NCBI GenBank assembly: GCA_963802945.1
Contig: CAWDKY010000028.1
Location: 96,001-160,000 of the forward strand
DNA from: an uncultured delta proteobacterium
GTDB lineage: Bacteria; Desulfobacterota; RBG-13-43-22
Length of the DNA: 64,000 nt
Direction of reading: 5' to 3'
In this document: positions 52,761 through 63,365 of the stretch, in pieces
Numbering within the stretch: the first letter of the stretch is position 1
How the letters are laid out: every line of letters starts with the position of its first letter
Made by a program: the position numbers and the translations under genes
The notes under the pieces: generated by a model
What the model was told of the DNA's origin: nothing
The model's database searches: none
The model's input: only the letters and a program-made list of their open reading frames with translations

Positions 52761-54313
52761 AATTTTTGTCCTCTTCTCTTTTTACTACCCGAATAATAAT
52801 TCCGATCAGGAAAATAATCCCGCAAAAAACGATCAGCAACGTCCCCATAACGGTTATAAAAGGTTTTTTCTCCTCGGAGAGGAATGGCGGCATAAGTCCC
52901 GCCTGTTTGAAACAGAGGGATCATTTTAAGGATCCGTCCGGAAGAATCAATAAAAGCGCTGAAACCCGTATTAGCCGCACGGGCAATCCAGACCCTGTTT
53001 TCGACGGCCCGGAATGTAAGCATGGATAGGTGCTGATATGGCGCCGAGGTACGTCCGTACCAGGCATCATTAGTTATATTGACCAATATCTGGCAGTCTT
53101 CCTGTATGAAAGCCCGACTCAATTCCGGAAAAATGGTCTCAAAACAAATTAAAACCCCTATTTTGCCCTTGGGATGGGAAAGCCCGTAACTACCCGATCC
53201 GGGATTGAAGTCTCCTATAGCTTGAATCATTTTCCCCACAAAGGGTAAAAATCGCCTTAAGGGAATATATTCTCCAAAAGGAACCAGATGAATTTTGTCG
53301 TAAAAGCTCAATTGCCCTTCCGGACCTAACAGATAAGCCCGGTTATAAAAATAGATTTTCCCTTGCCGAAAGGTGGCCGCCGGACTGCCGAACAAGAGAT
53401 GGGCTTGAATTTCCTTGGCCAGTTGAAAGACAACAGGGGTCAAGTGGTTTTCATTCAAAAAATAAAACGGAACTGCCGTTTCCGGCCATACGACCAAGTC
53501 AGGAGTTTTAGGTAAAGCTTGTCGTGTTAGGTCCTTATAGATCTTTAATGTTTCTTCCTGAAAAGCCGGATTCCATTTTATGGATTGATCAATATTTCCC
53601 TGTATGACTGATACGTTTAAGGTCGGGGCCTGTTGATTTTTTTGCCTTTGATTGGCTAAGGACCAATAACCGAAGATTAGGGTGAAAGTTAGTATGGATA
53701 AGGCAAAAACCGCTTCTTTCCATTTCCGGGACCAATTCTGGAAAGGATGGTCAAACCATAAAAACAGGTAAAGAGTCTGATTAACCAACATGATCAGAAA
53801 AGAAATCCCGTACACCCCGGAGATTTCAGCTACCTGAATAACTGGTAGAAGGTTATACTGGGAATGCCCCAATAACTCCCATGGGAACCCGCTTAATAGA
53901 TGCGCCCTTAAAAATTCCAGACCCACCCAGATGGATGGAGCCCAAAGCAAAGAAAAAAGATCTTTGGGAGGAAACAGACCCCAAAGCCAGGCAAAGACAC
54001 CGAAATAGAGGGCTAAATAAAGAACCATCAAAAAAAGGATAAAAAAACTGGTCATCGTGTCCAGCCCTCCAAAATGGCGCATGGCATGGGTTACCCAATA
54101 AAAAATACCAAGAGAGGAGAGGATACCGGCAAGAAATCCCAGTTGGAATCTTTTTGTGGCCGGTTTATTTTCCAACGCTTTAAAAAAAGGGATGAACGCC
54201 ACCCAGGCCATGAAGGACCAGGAAACCTTAGGGAAGGAAAGGATATAGAGGATTGTACCGAAAAGGATTAAGAGATAAGGAGTAATAGAGTCTTTTGTGA
54301 TATAAATTCTCAT
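52757..54313 (-). CDS. lnt: Apolipoprotein N-acyltransferase
   Basis: GFPW, QGNI, WPETA, YDKIHLVPFGEY, ICFE, TNDAW, AANTG; last TM probably lost to a frameshift. Confidence 0.93.
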   Translation of the reverse strand: MRIYITKDSITPYLLILFGTILYILSFPKVSWSFMAWVAFIPFFKALENKPATKRFQLGFLAGILSSLGIFYWVTHAMRHFGGLDTMTSFFILFLMVLYLALYFGVFAWLWGLFPPKDLFSLLWAPSIWVGLEFLRAHLLSGFPWELLGHSQYNLLPVIQVAEISGVYGISFLIMLVNQTLYLFLWFDHPFQNWSRKWKEAVFALSILTFTLIFGYWSLANQRQKNQQAPTLNVSVIQGNIDQSIKWNPAFQEETLKIYKDLTRQALPKTPDLVVWPETAVPFYFLNENHLTPVVFQLAKEIQAHLLFGSPAATFRQGKIYFYNRAYLLGPEGQLSFYDKIHLVPFGEYIPLRRFLPFVGKMIQAIGDFNPGSGSYGLSHPKGKIGVLICFETIFPELSRAFIQEDCQILVNITNDAWYGRTSAPYQHLSMLTFRAVENRVWIARAANTGFSAFIDSSGRILKMIPLFQTGGTYAAIPLRGEKTFYNRYGDVADRFLRDYFPDRNYYSGSKKRRGQKL

Positions 54314-54439
54314 AGTATTGCGCCGTTGAAAAAAGCCTTTTTATGCTGCTTCACAATCTGTTCTTTAACACAAGCTTATCGATCAGAAAAGGAAAATTTA
54401 TTCTTTAAGTTCAGGTAAGTAAGAAAGAAGGGGCAAATA

Positions 54440-55042
54440 TCAGCTGGTCCGGTTTCTTTGATAATAGGCAAAATATCGAAAAACCTGCTTGATATATTTT
54501 TTAGTATCTTTAAAGGGTGGGATCCCGTTATGTTGAAAGACCCGGGAGGGACCGGCATTATAAGCGGCCAGGGCGAGTCTTTGGTCCCCTTCAAAGGCGT
54601 CCAATAATACCTTCAGATAACGCACACCGCCATCGATATTATGCTTGGGATTAAACGGATCCTTGATCCCCATTTCCTTGGCTGTAACAGGATCGATCTG
54701 CATTAACCCGACTGCCCCCCGGGGAGAAACGGCCATAGGGTCAAACTTGGATTCGGCAAGGATAACTGCCTTCACCAGAGCCGGATCCAGAGAATGTTTT
54801 TGGCAGGCGGACCTGATCCAGGGGTCATAAGTAGAAACTGAAACTTCTAATTCTTCGGGGGTCAGTGTTGTTGAGTAGGTGGGGTTTTTGTCAAAAAAGT
54901 TTAGCGGAAGATCAATCCGATTCAAATACTTATTATTAACGGAAAGGACCTGGGCCGTTAATAAAAAATAAAAGCCATTTACGCTTAATAAACTGAAAAG
55001 AACCAAACCGACCGATATTTTTTTTATATAATGGTTGTCCAT
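54440..55042 (-). CDS. Lytic transglycosylase (SLT domain)
   Basis: AES catalytic motif, GAVGLMQ, ALAAYNAG, N-terminal anchor. Confidence 0.9.
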   Translation of the reverse strand: MDNHYIKKISVGLVLFSLLSVNGFYFLLTAQVLSVNNKYLNRIDLPLNFFDKNPTYSTTLTPEELEVSVSTYDPWIRSACQKHSLDPALVKAVILAESKFDPMAVSPRGAVGLMQIDPVTAKEMGIKDPFNPKHNIDGGVRYLKVLLDAFEGDQRLALAAYNAGPSRVFQHNGIPPFKDTKKYIKQVFRYFAYYQRNRTS

Positions 55043-55107
55043 AATTATCGCCTAACTTGTTTGAAAATCCGTCTGTAACTCCCTGATAGAAAACAGGGGT
55101 TCCCTTG

Positions 55108-55191
55108 AACTGAATTAGCAGCCTAATGTTTTGCCTCGAATACATAAGTATCTCCGAAGGTATTCCACAGGCTGTCTTCATAAATTCAATC
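55108..55191 (-). ncRNA. Candidate structured 5' leader RNA upstream of the SLT gene
   Basis: Nested stems GATTGAATT/AATTCAGTT, CAGCCT/AGGCTG and GAATAC/GTATTC with an internal cUUCGg loop; TTGACA promoter near 55240. Confidence 0.4.
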
Positions 55192-55485
55192 CCCATTTCT
55201 TTTTATGTTCTTATCTATTAACATAAAAATTTTCTTTGTCAACCTTTTTAAATATTTTATTGAAGGAAACTATTGATAAAACATAATTAATCAAATAAGT
55301 TATAACAAAATGAGTTTTTTAAGGCAAAAATCATTCTGGTCTGGTCTTGAGAGCAAAAAAATGGTAAAAAAGGGTTAAACCCTCTGAGGTTGGAATCATT
55401 GAAAAGTCGGCCGTAAAGTCAGCCTATTGGACTATATTTTAATAATATCAGTAAATTAAAAAGCTTAAACTGAGAAAGGACTGCT

Positions 55486-56485
55486 ATGTCTGCCAACCAG
55501 GCCAAAGTTATTGGAGTCGACTTAGGAGGAACCCGTATTAAAACAGGGCTTGTTGATGCCCGAGGTAAGATACTATTTTTAAAAAATTATTCGACCCGCC
55601 TCGAGTTGGGAAGAGAAAAAGTCGTAAAAAGGATGGTGAAGGTAACAAAACAACTAATTGAAATATCAATTAAAAATAGAATAAAACCCAATTTGATTGG
55701 CTTGGGGGTTCCTGGTGTTATTGACCGCGAGGAAGGGATTATTCACCATTCTCCGAATTTTCCTGATTGGAAAGATGTGCCCTTAGCCCGAATCATCTCT
55801 GATGAGGTCAGCCTTCCCGACTTATATGGATAAAGACGCCAATGTCGTAACGTTAGGTGAAAAATGGGTCGGGGCAGGAAAAGACTGGAATCATTTTGTC
55901 TGTTTAACCCTGGGAACCGGGGTAGGGAGCGGACTTTTCTTAAACGGCCGACCCTGGTACGGCAGTCAAGGCAGCGGACCGGAATTCGGACATATCACCA
56001 TTGAACCTCGGGGGGAACATTGCGGCTGTGGTAACCGGGGTTGTCTGGAGACCCTGGCTTCAGCTACTTATCTAGTTAAAAAAGCTCAAAAGGGGCTGGA
56101 TAAAAAGGTCCACACCCTGCTTTCGGAAATAGTCAACCAAACATCGGAGCCCCTTTCGGCCAAACTCCTTTATGAGACGGCCAAAAAAGGAGACCCGTTT
56201 TGTATCTCCCTTTTTGCCGAGTTGGGACGTTATCTGGGGATTGCTTTGGCCAACCTTATCCATACCATCGGTTTAGAAGGGGTTATTTTGGGAGGGGGAT
56301 TGAGCAAGGCTTCCACTATTTTCTTGCCATATTTGGAAAAAGAATTTAAAAAACGAATGACCATGATTCCAGGGGAATTGCCTCCCATCCGGATTTCATC
56401 CTTGGGGGACAAGAGCGGTATCCTGGGGGCCGCCAAGATGGCGATGGAAAGAAGCAAAGAAAAGTTGAAAGCTTATAGTTTATAG
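55486..56485 (+). CDS. ROK family sugar kinase (glucokinase-like; frameshift near 55815)
   Basis: GVDLGGT, GVPG, DAN, LTLGTGVGSG, EFGH, CGCGNRGCLE. Confidence 0.9.
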
Positions 56486-56569
56486 CTGAAAGGAAAAAGG
56501 GGTTTTGACCTTTACCCTTTAAGCTAACAGCTAAGGTATCAGCTACGAGCTAATACTAATAAGGAAAGG

Positions 56570-57235
56570 ATGTTATGGCCGGAAAGAAAAAAATCAGTCA
56601 GAAAAGAACTTCTCAAGAAACCGGATGAGTTTATTACTCTTTCAACCCGTACGCTGAATTGGGTAAAAGATAACTACCAAAAAGTCATCTGGATAGGATC
56701 AGGAATCGTTTTGGTCTTAATTCTTTTTTTTGGGTATTCCGCTTACCGGAACAGACAGGAAAAGCAGGGCCACGAAAAGTATTTTTCCAGCCTGGAGGTA
56801 TCTGATCCGGATCAAAAATTGAAAAAGTTGGAGGAAATTATTAAAGATTACCCAAGGACTAAGGCCGCCTATTCCGCCTTAGTGACTGCCGGGCATCTTT
56901 ATTTTCAAAAAAAAGATTTTCCCAGGGCAGTATCTTCCTATCAAACGGCCCTGGACAAGGGGAAATTTCCTCCGGCCTTTAGAACCCTGATCCAGGGGAA
57001 TCTGGCCTATGCCTATGAGCAAAAAGGTGATTTACAGCAAGCAGCTAAAACCTTTGCAGAGATCACCCAAAGCAAGGAAAATTTATTAAAAGAGGATTCT
57101 CTGATTAATCTGGCCCGGGTATATCAAAAAATGGGTAAGAAGGCGGAAGCCAAAGCAACCTACCAAACCTTCCTTAAATCCTTCCCCCAATCGATTTATG
57201 CCAAAGTGGTTAAAGATCGCTTAGCCGGACTATGA
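56570..57235 (+). CDS. Membrane-anchored TPR protein (YfgM-like)
   Basis: KKPDEF, single TM, TPR repeats, FPQSIY end. Confidence 0.75.
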   Translation: MLWPERKKSVRKELLKKPDEFITLSTRTLNWVKDNYQKVIWIGSGIVLVLILFFGYSAYRNRQEKQGHEKYFSSLEVSDPDQKLKKLEEIIKDYPRTKAAYSALVTAGHLYFQKKDFPRAVSSYQTALDKGKFPPAFRTLIQGNLAYAYEQKGDLQQAAKTFAEITQSKENLLKEDSLINLARVYQKMGKKAEAKATYQTFLKSFPQSIYAKVVKDRLAGL

Positions 57236-57291
57236 TCATTACATGAATGACAGACCAAGTTGATTGAAGTTGATTGAAAAGGAGTTATACT

Positions 57292-59142
57292 ATGCATGAG
57301 CTAATAAAAGGAAAACCCGGAGATAAGCTGTTGTTACTGGGCAATGAGGCCATTGCCCGGGGGGCCATTGAAGGGGGACTGGCTTTTGCCACGGCTTATC
57401 CGGGAACCCCTTCCTCTGAAGTGGCCTTAAACTTTTATCAGATCAAACAGGAAACCGATCTTTATTTTGAATATTCCACCAACGAGAAGGTGGCCCTGGA
57501 AGTGGCGGCCGGGGCGGCGGTCTCAGGTCTAAGGACCATGGTGGCCATGAAGCATGTAGGGCTGAATGTGGCGGCCGACCCCTTGATGACCCTGGCCTAT
57601 ACCGGGGTCAACGGAGGCATGGTCATCCTGACCGCCGATGATCCCTCGCTGTTTTCCAGCCAGAACGAACAGGACAACCGCTATTATGCCAGGCTTTCCG
57701 GGTTGCCCATGTTGGAGCCTACCACCCCCCAGGAGGCCAAAGAAATGACCTTGGCGGCCTTTGATTTGTCTGAAAAATTAAAGGTGCCCGTCTTGCTGCG
57801 CACGACCACCCGTATCAATCATTCCCGGGGGATCGTCACCCTGGGGACAATACGACCCAGAAAGACCAAGGGGAATTTTAAAAAAGACCCGTTCAGTTAT
57901 GTAACGGTGCCGGCTGTCTCCAGAAATCTGCACGTCAAACTTCTACAAGTTTACGATCAGGCCCTTTCCTTGGCCAACCAGTCCACTTTTAATGAAATTA
58001 TCGGACAAGGAAAATGGGGGATTGTCGCTAATGGGGTCGGTTTTTGTTATGTCCAAGACGCCCTGGATGACCTGAAGGCCAAAGAATCATTTTCTGTGCT
58101 GAAGCTGGGGTTTTCCTACCCTTTCCCGGCAGAGATTGTTAAAAAATTCCTGTCCGGAGTGGAAAAGGTCCTGGTTGTGGAGGAATTGGAGCCTGTCATG
58201 GAACAGGACCTGCGGGCCGTTGCTCAAGCCATGGGACGAACTATACCCATTCAAGGCAAGGGAGTGGATCGGTTAAGCCGCCTTTTTGAATATGAACCAT
58301 CTCGGGTGCGAAGCGCCATTTCTCAATATTTCGGAATATCCGCTCAAGGCAAAAAAACGGTTGATCTTTCCGATATACCCCCACTTCCGGGCCGTCCACC
58401 CAACTTATGTCCGGGGTGCCCGCATCGTTCCACCTTCTATGCCGTCAAAAAAGTGGCCGGAGAAGAGGCCATTTATCCTACTGACATAGGCTGTTACACT
58501 TTGGGCCTGCTCCCGCCTTTAAGTGCGGCCGATTTTCTGATCTGTATGGGTTCAAGCGTCAGCACAGCTTCCGGTTTTTCCTGGGCATTAAAAGATAAGC
58601 ATGTCATTGCCTTTATCGGGGATTCTACCTTTTTTCATTCCGGGATCACCGGTCTGGTCAATGCCGTTCATAATAATCACAAATTCACCTTGATCATTTT
58701 GGACAATGAAACTACGGCCATGACCGGGCACCAGCCTCATCCGGGAGTCAATATGGCCTTGCTGGGACAACCCAACACCCAGGTCTCCATTGAAGCAGTA
58801 GTTAGAGGGGTTGGGGTCAAACATGTTGCTGTGGTCCAACCCCGAAAGGTCAAACAGACCATGGAAGCCGTTCAGGAGGCCATTGATTTTGACGGGGTTT
58901 CCGTCATCATCTCCAAAGAGATCTGCCCGCTGTATGCCAAAAGGGTGGCCCCACCAACGAAAACTCGTACATTTATGATTAACGAAAAACGATGCAAAAA
59001 CCACCGGGATTGCGTCAACTTGTTTGCCTGCCCGGCCTTTTACACGGAAGGAAATCAGGTCCGGATCAACGAAAATTTGTGCATCGGATGTGCGGTCTGT
59101 TCCCAGATCTGCCCGGAAAATGCTATTATTCCCAGGAAATAA
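57292..59142 (+). CDS. iorA: Indolepyruvate:ferredoxin oxidoreductase alpha subunit
   Basis: GNEAIARG, YPGTPSSE, NEKVALE, MKHVGLNVAAD, CPGCPHR, GDSTF, C-terminal ferredoxin. Confidence 0.95.
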   Translation: MHELIKGKPGDKLLLLGNEAIARGAIEGGLAFATAYPGTPSSEVALNFYQIKQETDLYFEYSTNEKVALEVAAGAAVSGLRTMVAMKHVGLNVAADPLMTLAYTGVNGGMVILTADDPSLFSSQNEQDNRYYARLSGLPMLEPTTPQEAKEMTLAAFDLSEKLKVPVLLRTTTRINHSRGIVTLGTIRPRKTKGNFKKDPFSYVTVPAVSRNLHVKLLQVYDQALSLANQSTFNEIIGQGKWGIVANGVGFCYVQDALDDLKAKESFSVLKLGFSYPFPAEIVKKFLSGVEKVLVVEELEPVMEQDLRAVAQAMGRTIPIQGKGVDRLSRLFEYEPSRVRSAISQYFGISAQGKKTVDLSDIPPLPGRPPNLCPGCPHRSTFYAVKKVAGEEAIYPTDIGCYTLGLLPPLSAADFLICMGSSVSTASGFSWALKDKHVIAFIGDSTFFHSGITGLVNAVHNNHKFTLIILDNETTAMTGHQPHPGVNMALLGQPNTQVSIEAVVRGVGVKHVAVVQPRKVKQTMEAVQEAIDFDGVSVIISKEICPLYAKRVAPPTKTRTFMINEKRCKNHRDCVNLFACPAFYTEGNQVRINENLCIGCAVCSQICPENAIIPRK

Positions 59143-59154
59143 GAGGAGTACTCT

Positions 59155-59748
59155 ATGGATATTAAACGGATCGTTTTTGTCGGTGTCGGGGGGCAGGGAA
59201 ATCTGCTCTCTTCCCGAATATTAGGAGAAGCCGCTTTGTTGGCCGGGATTCCGGTCAATGTCAGCGAAGTTCATGGTATGGCCCAACGCGGCGGTGTGGT
59301 CGAATCGGCCGTAGTCCTGGGAGGTGCCATGAGCTCCATTGTCTCCAATGGAGAGGCCGATGTTCTGATCGGCTTTGAACCTTCGGAAACCTTGCGGGCC
59401 CTGGAAAAGTGTTCCCAGGAGAGCACGGTGATTAGCAACGTGACCCCTTTGATGCCCTTTACCGTAGCAGTCGGCAAAGGGGTCTATCCCGATATCAAAG
59501 AAGCCCTGGAGTTGATTCGTCGAAAGGTGAAGCGGCTGATCGCCATTAATGCCGATGCCTTGGCCGTAGAGGCCGGTTCGGCCTTGGCTGTCAACATCGT
59601 CATGCTGGGGGCTCTGGCTCAAAGCAACACCGTACCAGTCAACGCCGAACAGATGAAAGAGGCCCTTAAGATGAACCTTAATAAAAAGCTTTGGGAAATC
59701 AATCTGAAGGCTTTTGATTTGGGGTATGAAGCGGCAAAAAAGGCGTGA
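59155..59748 (+). CDS. iorB: Indolepyruvate:ferredoxin oxidoreductase beta subunit
   Basis: GVGGQG, SEVHGMAQRGG; follows iorA. Confidence 0.95.
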   Translation: MDIKRIVFVGVGGQGNLLSSRILGEAALLAGIPVNVSEVHGMAQRGGVVESAVVLGGAMSSIVSNGEADVLIGFEPSETLRALEKCSQESTVISNVTPLMPFTVAVGKGVYPDIKEALELIRRKVKRLIAINADALAVEAGSALAVNIVMLGALAQSNTVPVNAEQMKEALKMNLNKKLWEINLKAFDLGYEAAKKA

Positions 59749-59813
59749 AGTATATGCCATGCGGCGAGAGGTGCGAGGTATGATGCATACTACCTCGTGC
59801 CTCTCACCTTTTT

Positions 59814-61109
59814 TTATTTAAATCGCTCTTCAACTGCTTTGGCATGAAGCGGCAGCCCTTCCTTTGTAGCCAAAAGGGTAATGGTTTTTTTCAAGCCCTG
59901 TAATCCTTTTTTACTCAGGTATTGGAAGGTCGGCTTCTTGATGAAGTCATCTACAGAGAGACCGGAAAACATCCTGGCACATCCGCCGGTCGGCAAGACA
60001 TGGTTGGTCCCTGAGGCATAATCTCCGGCCGGAATCGGGGCGTACGGACCCATAAATATGGAACCGGCATGGTTGATCATAGGCAAGACGACCCAGGGAT
60101 CCTCGGTAACAATCTGCAAATGTTCGGCAGCATAGGCATTGGCAAAATCAATGGCTTCCGTAAGATTGGAAGTTACTAAAACCGCTGAATGGCGGACTAA
60201 GGCCCTCTGGATTATTTCTTTCCGTTCCAATCTAGGTAATTCCCGATTGATAATTTCACATACCTTTTCGGCCAAAGTCATAGATGGGGTAATGAGAACA
60301 GCAGCGGCATCCGGATCGTGCTCGATCTGAGAGAGAAAGTCCCAGGTCGTCCAATCGGGCCGGGCCGTCTTATCGGCCACGATGAGGGCCTCGCTCGGAC
60401 CGGCAGGGGAATCAATATCAACCGTCCCAAAAACAGCCATCTTGGCCGCGGTAACATATTTATTGCCAGGTCCGACTATCTTATCCACTTTCGGGATGGA
60501 TTCAGTGCCATAAGCCATTCCGGCCACGGCCCAGGGTCCTCCCACCTTGAATAGGTAATCCGCCCCGGCAAGATCGGCGGCCACGATCGTTACCGGATCG
60601 GCTTTCATCCCTTTTTGTGGAGGGGTGCAGGCCACAATATTCGATACTCCGGCCACACGAGCTGGAATAATGTTCATGAGAACGCTGGAAGGATAATTGG
60701 CCTGACCTCCTGGAACATAAGCCCCGACGGTTTCCATGGGCCTCCGAACCCTCCCGGCCAATATCCCTGGTTTGACCTCAATGGACCACATTTCCCTTTC
60801 CAATTGGGCCTGATGAAATTTTTCGATATTTTTTGCCGCTTGTTTAAGGGCCTGCTGTACGAATTTATCAACCTGTTTATAGGCCTTTTTAATTTCGTCC
60901 GGTTGAACTCTAAGGTCTTTTGTCCCAATATCGGATTTATGTTTGCGATAGTGTTGTAAGATAACCTGATCTCCACCTTTTTGGACGTCTTGGACGATGG
61001 CCCGGGTTTCTTCATAAATATCGGAGATGTCTTCCATAGATCTTTTAAGCAGGGTATCTTTCCTCTTGGAGGATAAATTCATCAGCTTTTCAGGTTTAAT
61101 GAATTCCAC
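59814..61109 (-). CDS. hisD: Histidinol dehydrogenase (or close paralog)
   Basis: YVPGG, GPGNKYVTAAK, DSPAGPSE, QIEH, AEHL, GDYASGTNHVLPT. Confidence 0.9.
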   Translation of the reverse strand: MEFIKPEKLMNLSSKRKDTLLKRSMEDISDIYEETRAIVQDVQKGGDQVILQHYRKHKSDIGTKDLRVQPDEIKKAYKQVDKFVQQALKQAAKNIEKFHQAQLEREMWSIEVKPGILAGRVRRPMETVGAYVPGGQANYPSSVLMNIIPARVAGVSNIVACTPPQKGMKADPVTIVAADLAGADYLFKVGGPWAVAGMAYGTESIPKVDKIVGPGNKYVTAAKMAVFGTVDIDSPAGPSEALIVADKTARPDWTTWDFLSQIEHDPDAAAVLITPSMTLAEKVCEIINRELPRLERKEIIQRALVRHSAVLVTSNLTEAIDFANAYAAEHLQIVTEDPWVVLPMINHAGSIFMGPYAPIPAGDYASGTNHVLPTGGCARMFSGLSVDDFIKKPTFQYLSKKGLQGLKKTITLLATKEGLPLHAKAVEERFK

Positions 61110-61126
61110 TTTTTTTCACTCCTTAT

Positions 61127-61687
61127 TCATAGTTTTTGTTGTAGGGCAAAACGTTTTCCATAATCGATTAACGCATCACGGGTGCTGGGAAAAGCCAGGT
61201 CCGACCAGGGAATTTTTGTATAGGGGAACAGGCCTACTTCCAGGGTTTCGTCCAAGGCGGTCGGGACACCGGCTACAAATTGGGCTAAATAAGCAGCAAC
61301 GATTACTGTGTTTCCCGGATAGGAATAGACATTGAGCAGGGAATGGATTTGGACTTGAAGGTTGGTCTCTTCCCGGGTCTCCCGGACAGCCGCCTCTTCC
61401 AGGGTTTCCCCTCGATCGACGAATCCTCCCGGGATGACCCATTTCCCATATCCTGGGGAAATCGCCCTTTTTACCAACACGATTTGTTCTTCAAAAAGGG
61501 TTACCGTTACGGCGGCCACTTTGGGATCAAGATAAAACACAAAGGAACACCGGCTGCAAACCAAACGGTCCGGTTCCTGATCCTTGATCTGCTTTTTTTC
61601 CAGACTTCCACCGCATAAGGGGCAAAAGCGAAAAGGGGGCTGGACTTGATGGGTTGAGTGGATTTCGGGTATAATGGGCTGGTTCAT
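61127..61687 (-). CDS. Nudix hydrolase with N-terminal zinc ribbon
   Basis: FCPLCG...CSRC, GGFVDRGETLEEAAVRETREET. Confidence 0.9.
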   Translation of the reverse strand: MNQPIIPEIHSTHQVQPPFRFCPLCGGSLEKKQIKDQEPDRLVCSRCSFVFYLDPKVAAVTVTLFEEQIVLVKRAISPGYGKWVIPGGFVDRGETLEEAAVRETREETNLQVQIHSLLNVYSYPGNTVIVAAYLAQFVAGVPTALDETLEVGLFPYTKIPWSDLAFPSTRDALIDYGKRFALQQKL

Positions 61688-61816
61688 AACTATCGATATT
61701 ATTTTGAATCTTAAAAAAAAGAAAGACTTTTTTCTTGATTCCTGACAATATTCCCGTTATGAAAGAGGCAACATATAATTTATTGGACTAACGAAGTATC
61801 GTTATTCTCGAGGTTT

Positions 61817-62488
61817 TTGTCAAAGGAGGACTTATTGAAAACAGAAAAACTTAAAAAAGATAAGCCGGAACGAAAAAAATCGATTTTTCGAGAGTATGCG
61901 GAATCAATCGTTATTGCCATACTCCTGGCCTTGTTGATCCGGGCTTTTGTCATCCAGGCCTTTAAGATACCTTCAGGATCCATGAAACCCACCTTGCTGG
62001 TTGGAGACCATATTTTGGTCAATAAATTTATCTATGGAATAAAACTTCGAGTTCCTTTTACCGCACTCAATTATAACCTGCTCCCTATCAGCACCCCGAA
62101 AAGGAATGATGTGGTGGTCTTTATTTTTCCAGTGGAACAAAACAAGGACTTCATCAAAAGGGTGATTGGGCTTCCGGGAGATACGGTCCAGATCAAGGAT
62201 AAAAAAGTTTATATCAATAACCAGCCCATGGAAGACCCTTACGGGACCCACACGGACCAAAGAATTATCCCAGAAATGGAACAACCTCGAGACAATACCG
62301 GACCCATTATTGTCCCACCCAATAAATTTTTTGTTATGGGAGATAACCGCGACGAGAGCTTTGACAGCCGATTTTGGGGATTTGTTGATCAGAAACAGGT
62401 CCTCGGGAAGGCCTTTATTATCTACTGGTCCTGGGATCGGACAGAGTTTGGGGTTAGATGGAGGAGATTAGGGTATTTGATTCATTAA
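61817..62488 (+). CDS. lepB: Signal peptidase I
   Basis: PSGSMKPTL, FIKRVIGLPGD, GDNRDESFDSR. Confidence 0.95.
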   Translation: MSKEDLLKTEKLKKDKPERKKSIFREYAESIVIAILLALLIRAFVIQAFKIPSGSMKPTLLVGDHILVNKFIYGIKLRVPFTALNYNLLPISTPKRNDVVVFIFPVEQNKDFIKRVIGLPGDTVQIKDKKVYINNQPMEDPYGTHTDQRIIPEMEQPRDNTGPIIVPPNKFFVMGDNRDESFDSRFWGFVDQKQVLGKAFIIYWSWDRTEFGVRWRRLGYLIH

Positions 62489-62506
62489 CGTAACCGGCGA
62501 GGACTT

Positions 62507-63328
62507 TTGAAAAAGACTAAAAAAGCACCTTTCTCACTGGGCCTTCCGAGTATTCTCCTGACCAATGATGACGGTATTTTTGCCAAGGGACTGGCGACCC
62601 TGGTAACGTTATTGAAAAAGAAGCATCCTATCTGGGTGGTGGCTCCGGAGTCCGAACAGAGTGCAGTGGGACATGCCCTGACCTTGACCCAGCCATTACG
62701 GGTAAAAAAAATTTTTAAGAATGGGGAATTTTTCGGTTATGGGGTCAGCGGAACACCGGCCGATTGTGTTAAGATCGCTCTTAACGAACTGATCTCTCCC
62801 CCACCCCGCCTGCTCATCTCAGGCATCAATTTGGGTCCCAATGTCGGGATCAATGTTATTTACTCGGGCACTGTTTCAGCCGCCACTGAAGGGGCCATGA
62901 TGGGGCTGACTTCAATAGCCGTCTCCATTGATTCCTATCAGACCCATAAATTTGAACCCGTAGCTAAGATTGTTTCAGCCCTGGTAGATCTCCTCATAGA
63001 ATCTCCGCTTCCTACGGGTGTCTCCTTAAATGTCAATGTACCGGCCCTGCCCTTGTCGGCAATCAAAGGGATTCGTTTGGTCAGGCAGGGGACCTTTCGT
63101 TTCAAGGAACGCTTTGAACGTCGTCTTGATCCCCGGGAAAATGTCTATTACTGGCAGGCCGGAATCTTGCCTCCCCCGGGAGAGGCCCCGGATACCGACC
63201 ATGCCCTTCTGTCGGCCGGTTATGTCACCTTGACCCCGATCAGTTTTGATCTAACCCACTACCCATCCCTTTCCAACTTGACCTTTCTGGAGAAAATGAC
63301 CGTGGGGAAAAAATCCAAATTTGCATGA
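62507..63328 (+). CDS. surE: 5'/3'-nucleotidase SurE
   Basis: LTNDDG, GTPADCV, SGINLGPN, YSGTVSAA. Confidence 0.95.
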   Translation: MKKTKKAPFSLGLPSILLTNDDGIFAKGLATLVTLLKKKHPIWVVAPESEQSAVGHALTLTQPLRVKKIFKNGEFFGYGVSGTPADCVKIALNELISPPPRLLISGINLGPNVGINVIYSGTVSAATEGAMMGLTSIAVSIDSYQTHKFEPVAKIVSALVDLLIESPLPTGVSLNVNVPALPLSAIKGIRLVRQGTFRFKERFERRLDPRENVYYWQAGILPPPGEAPDTDHALLSAGYVTLTPISFDLTHYPSLSNLTFLEKMTVGKKSKFA

Positions 63329-63365
63329 TACTTTTTTTTCTGATGAGTACCCCGTAGAGGAAACT

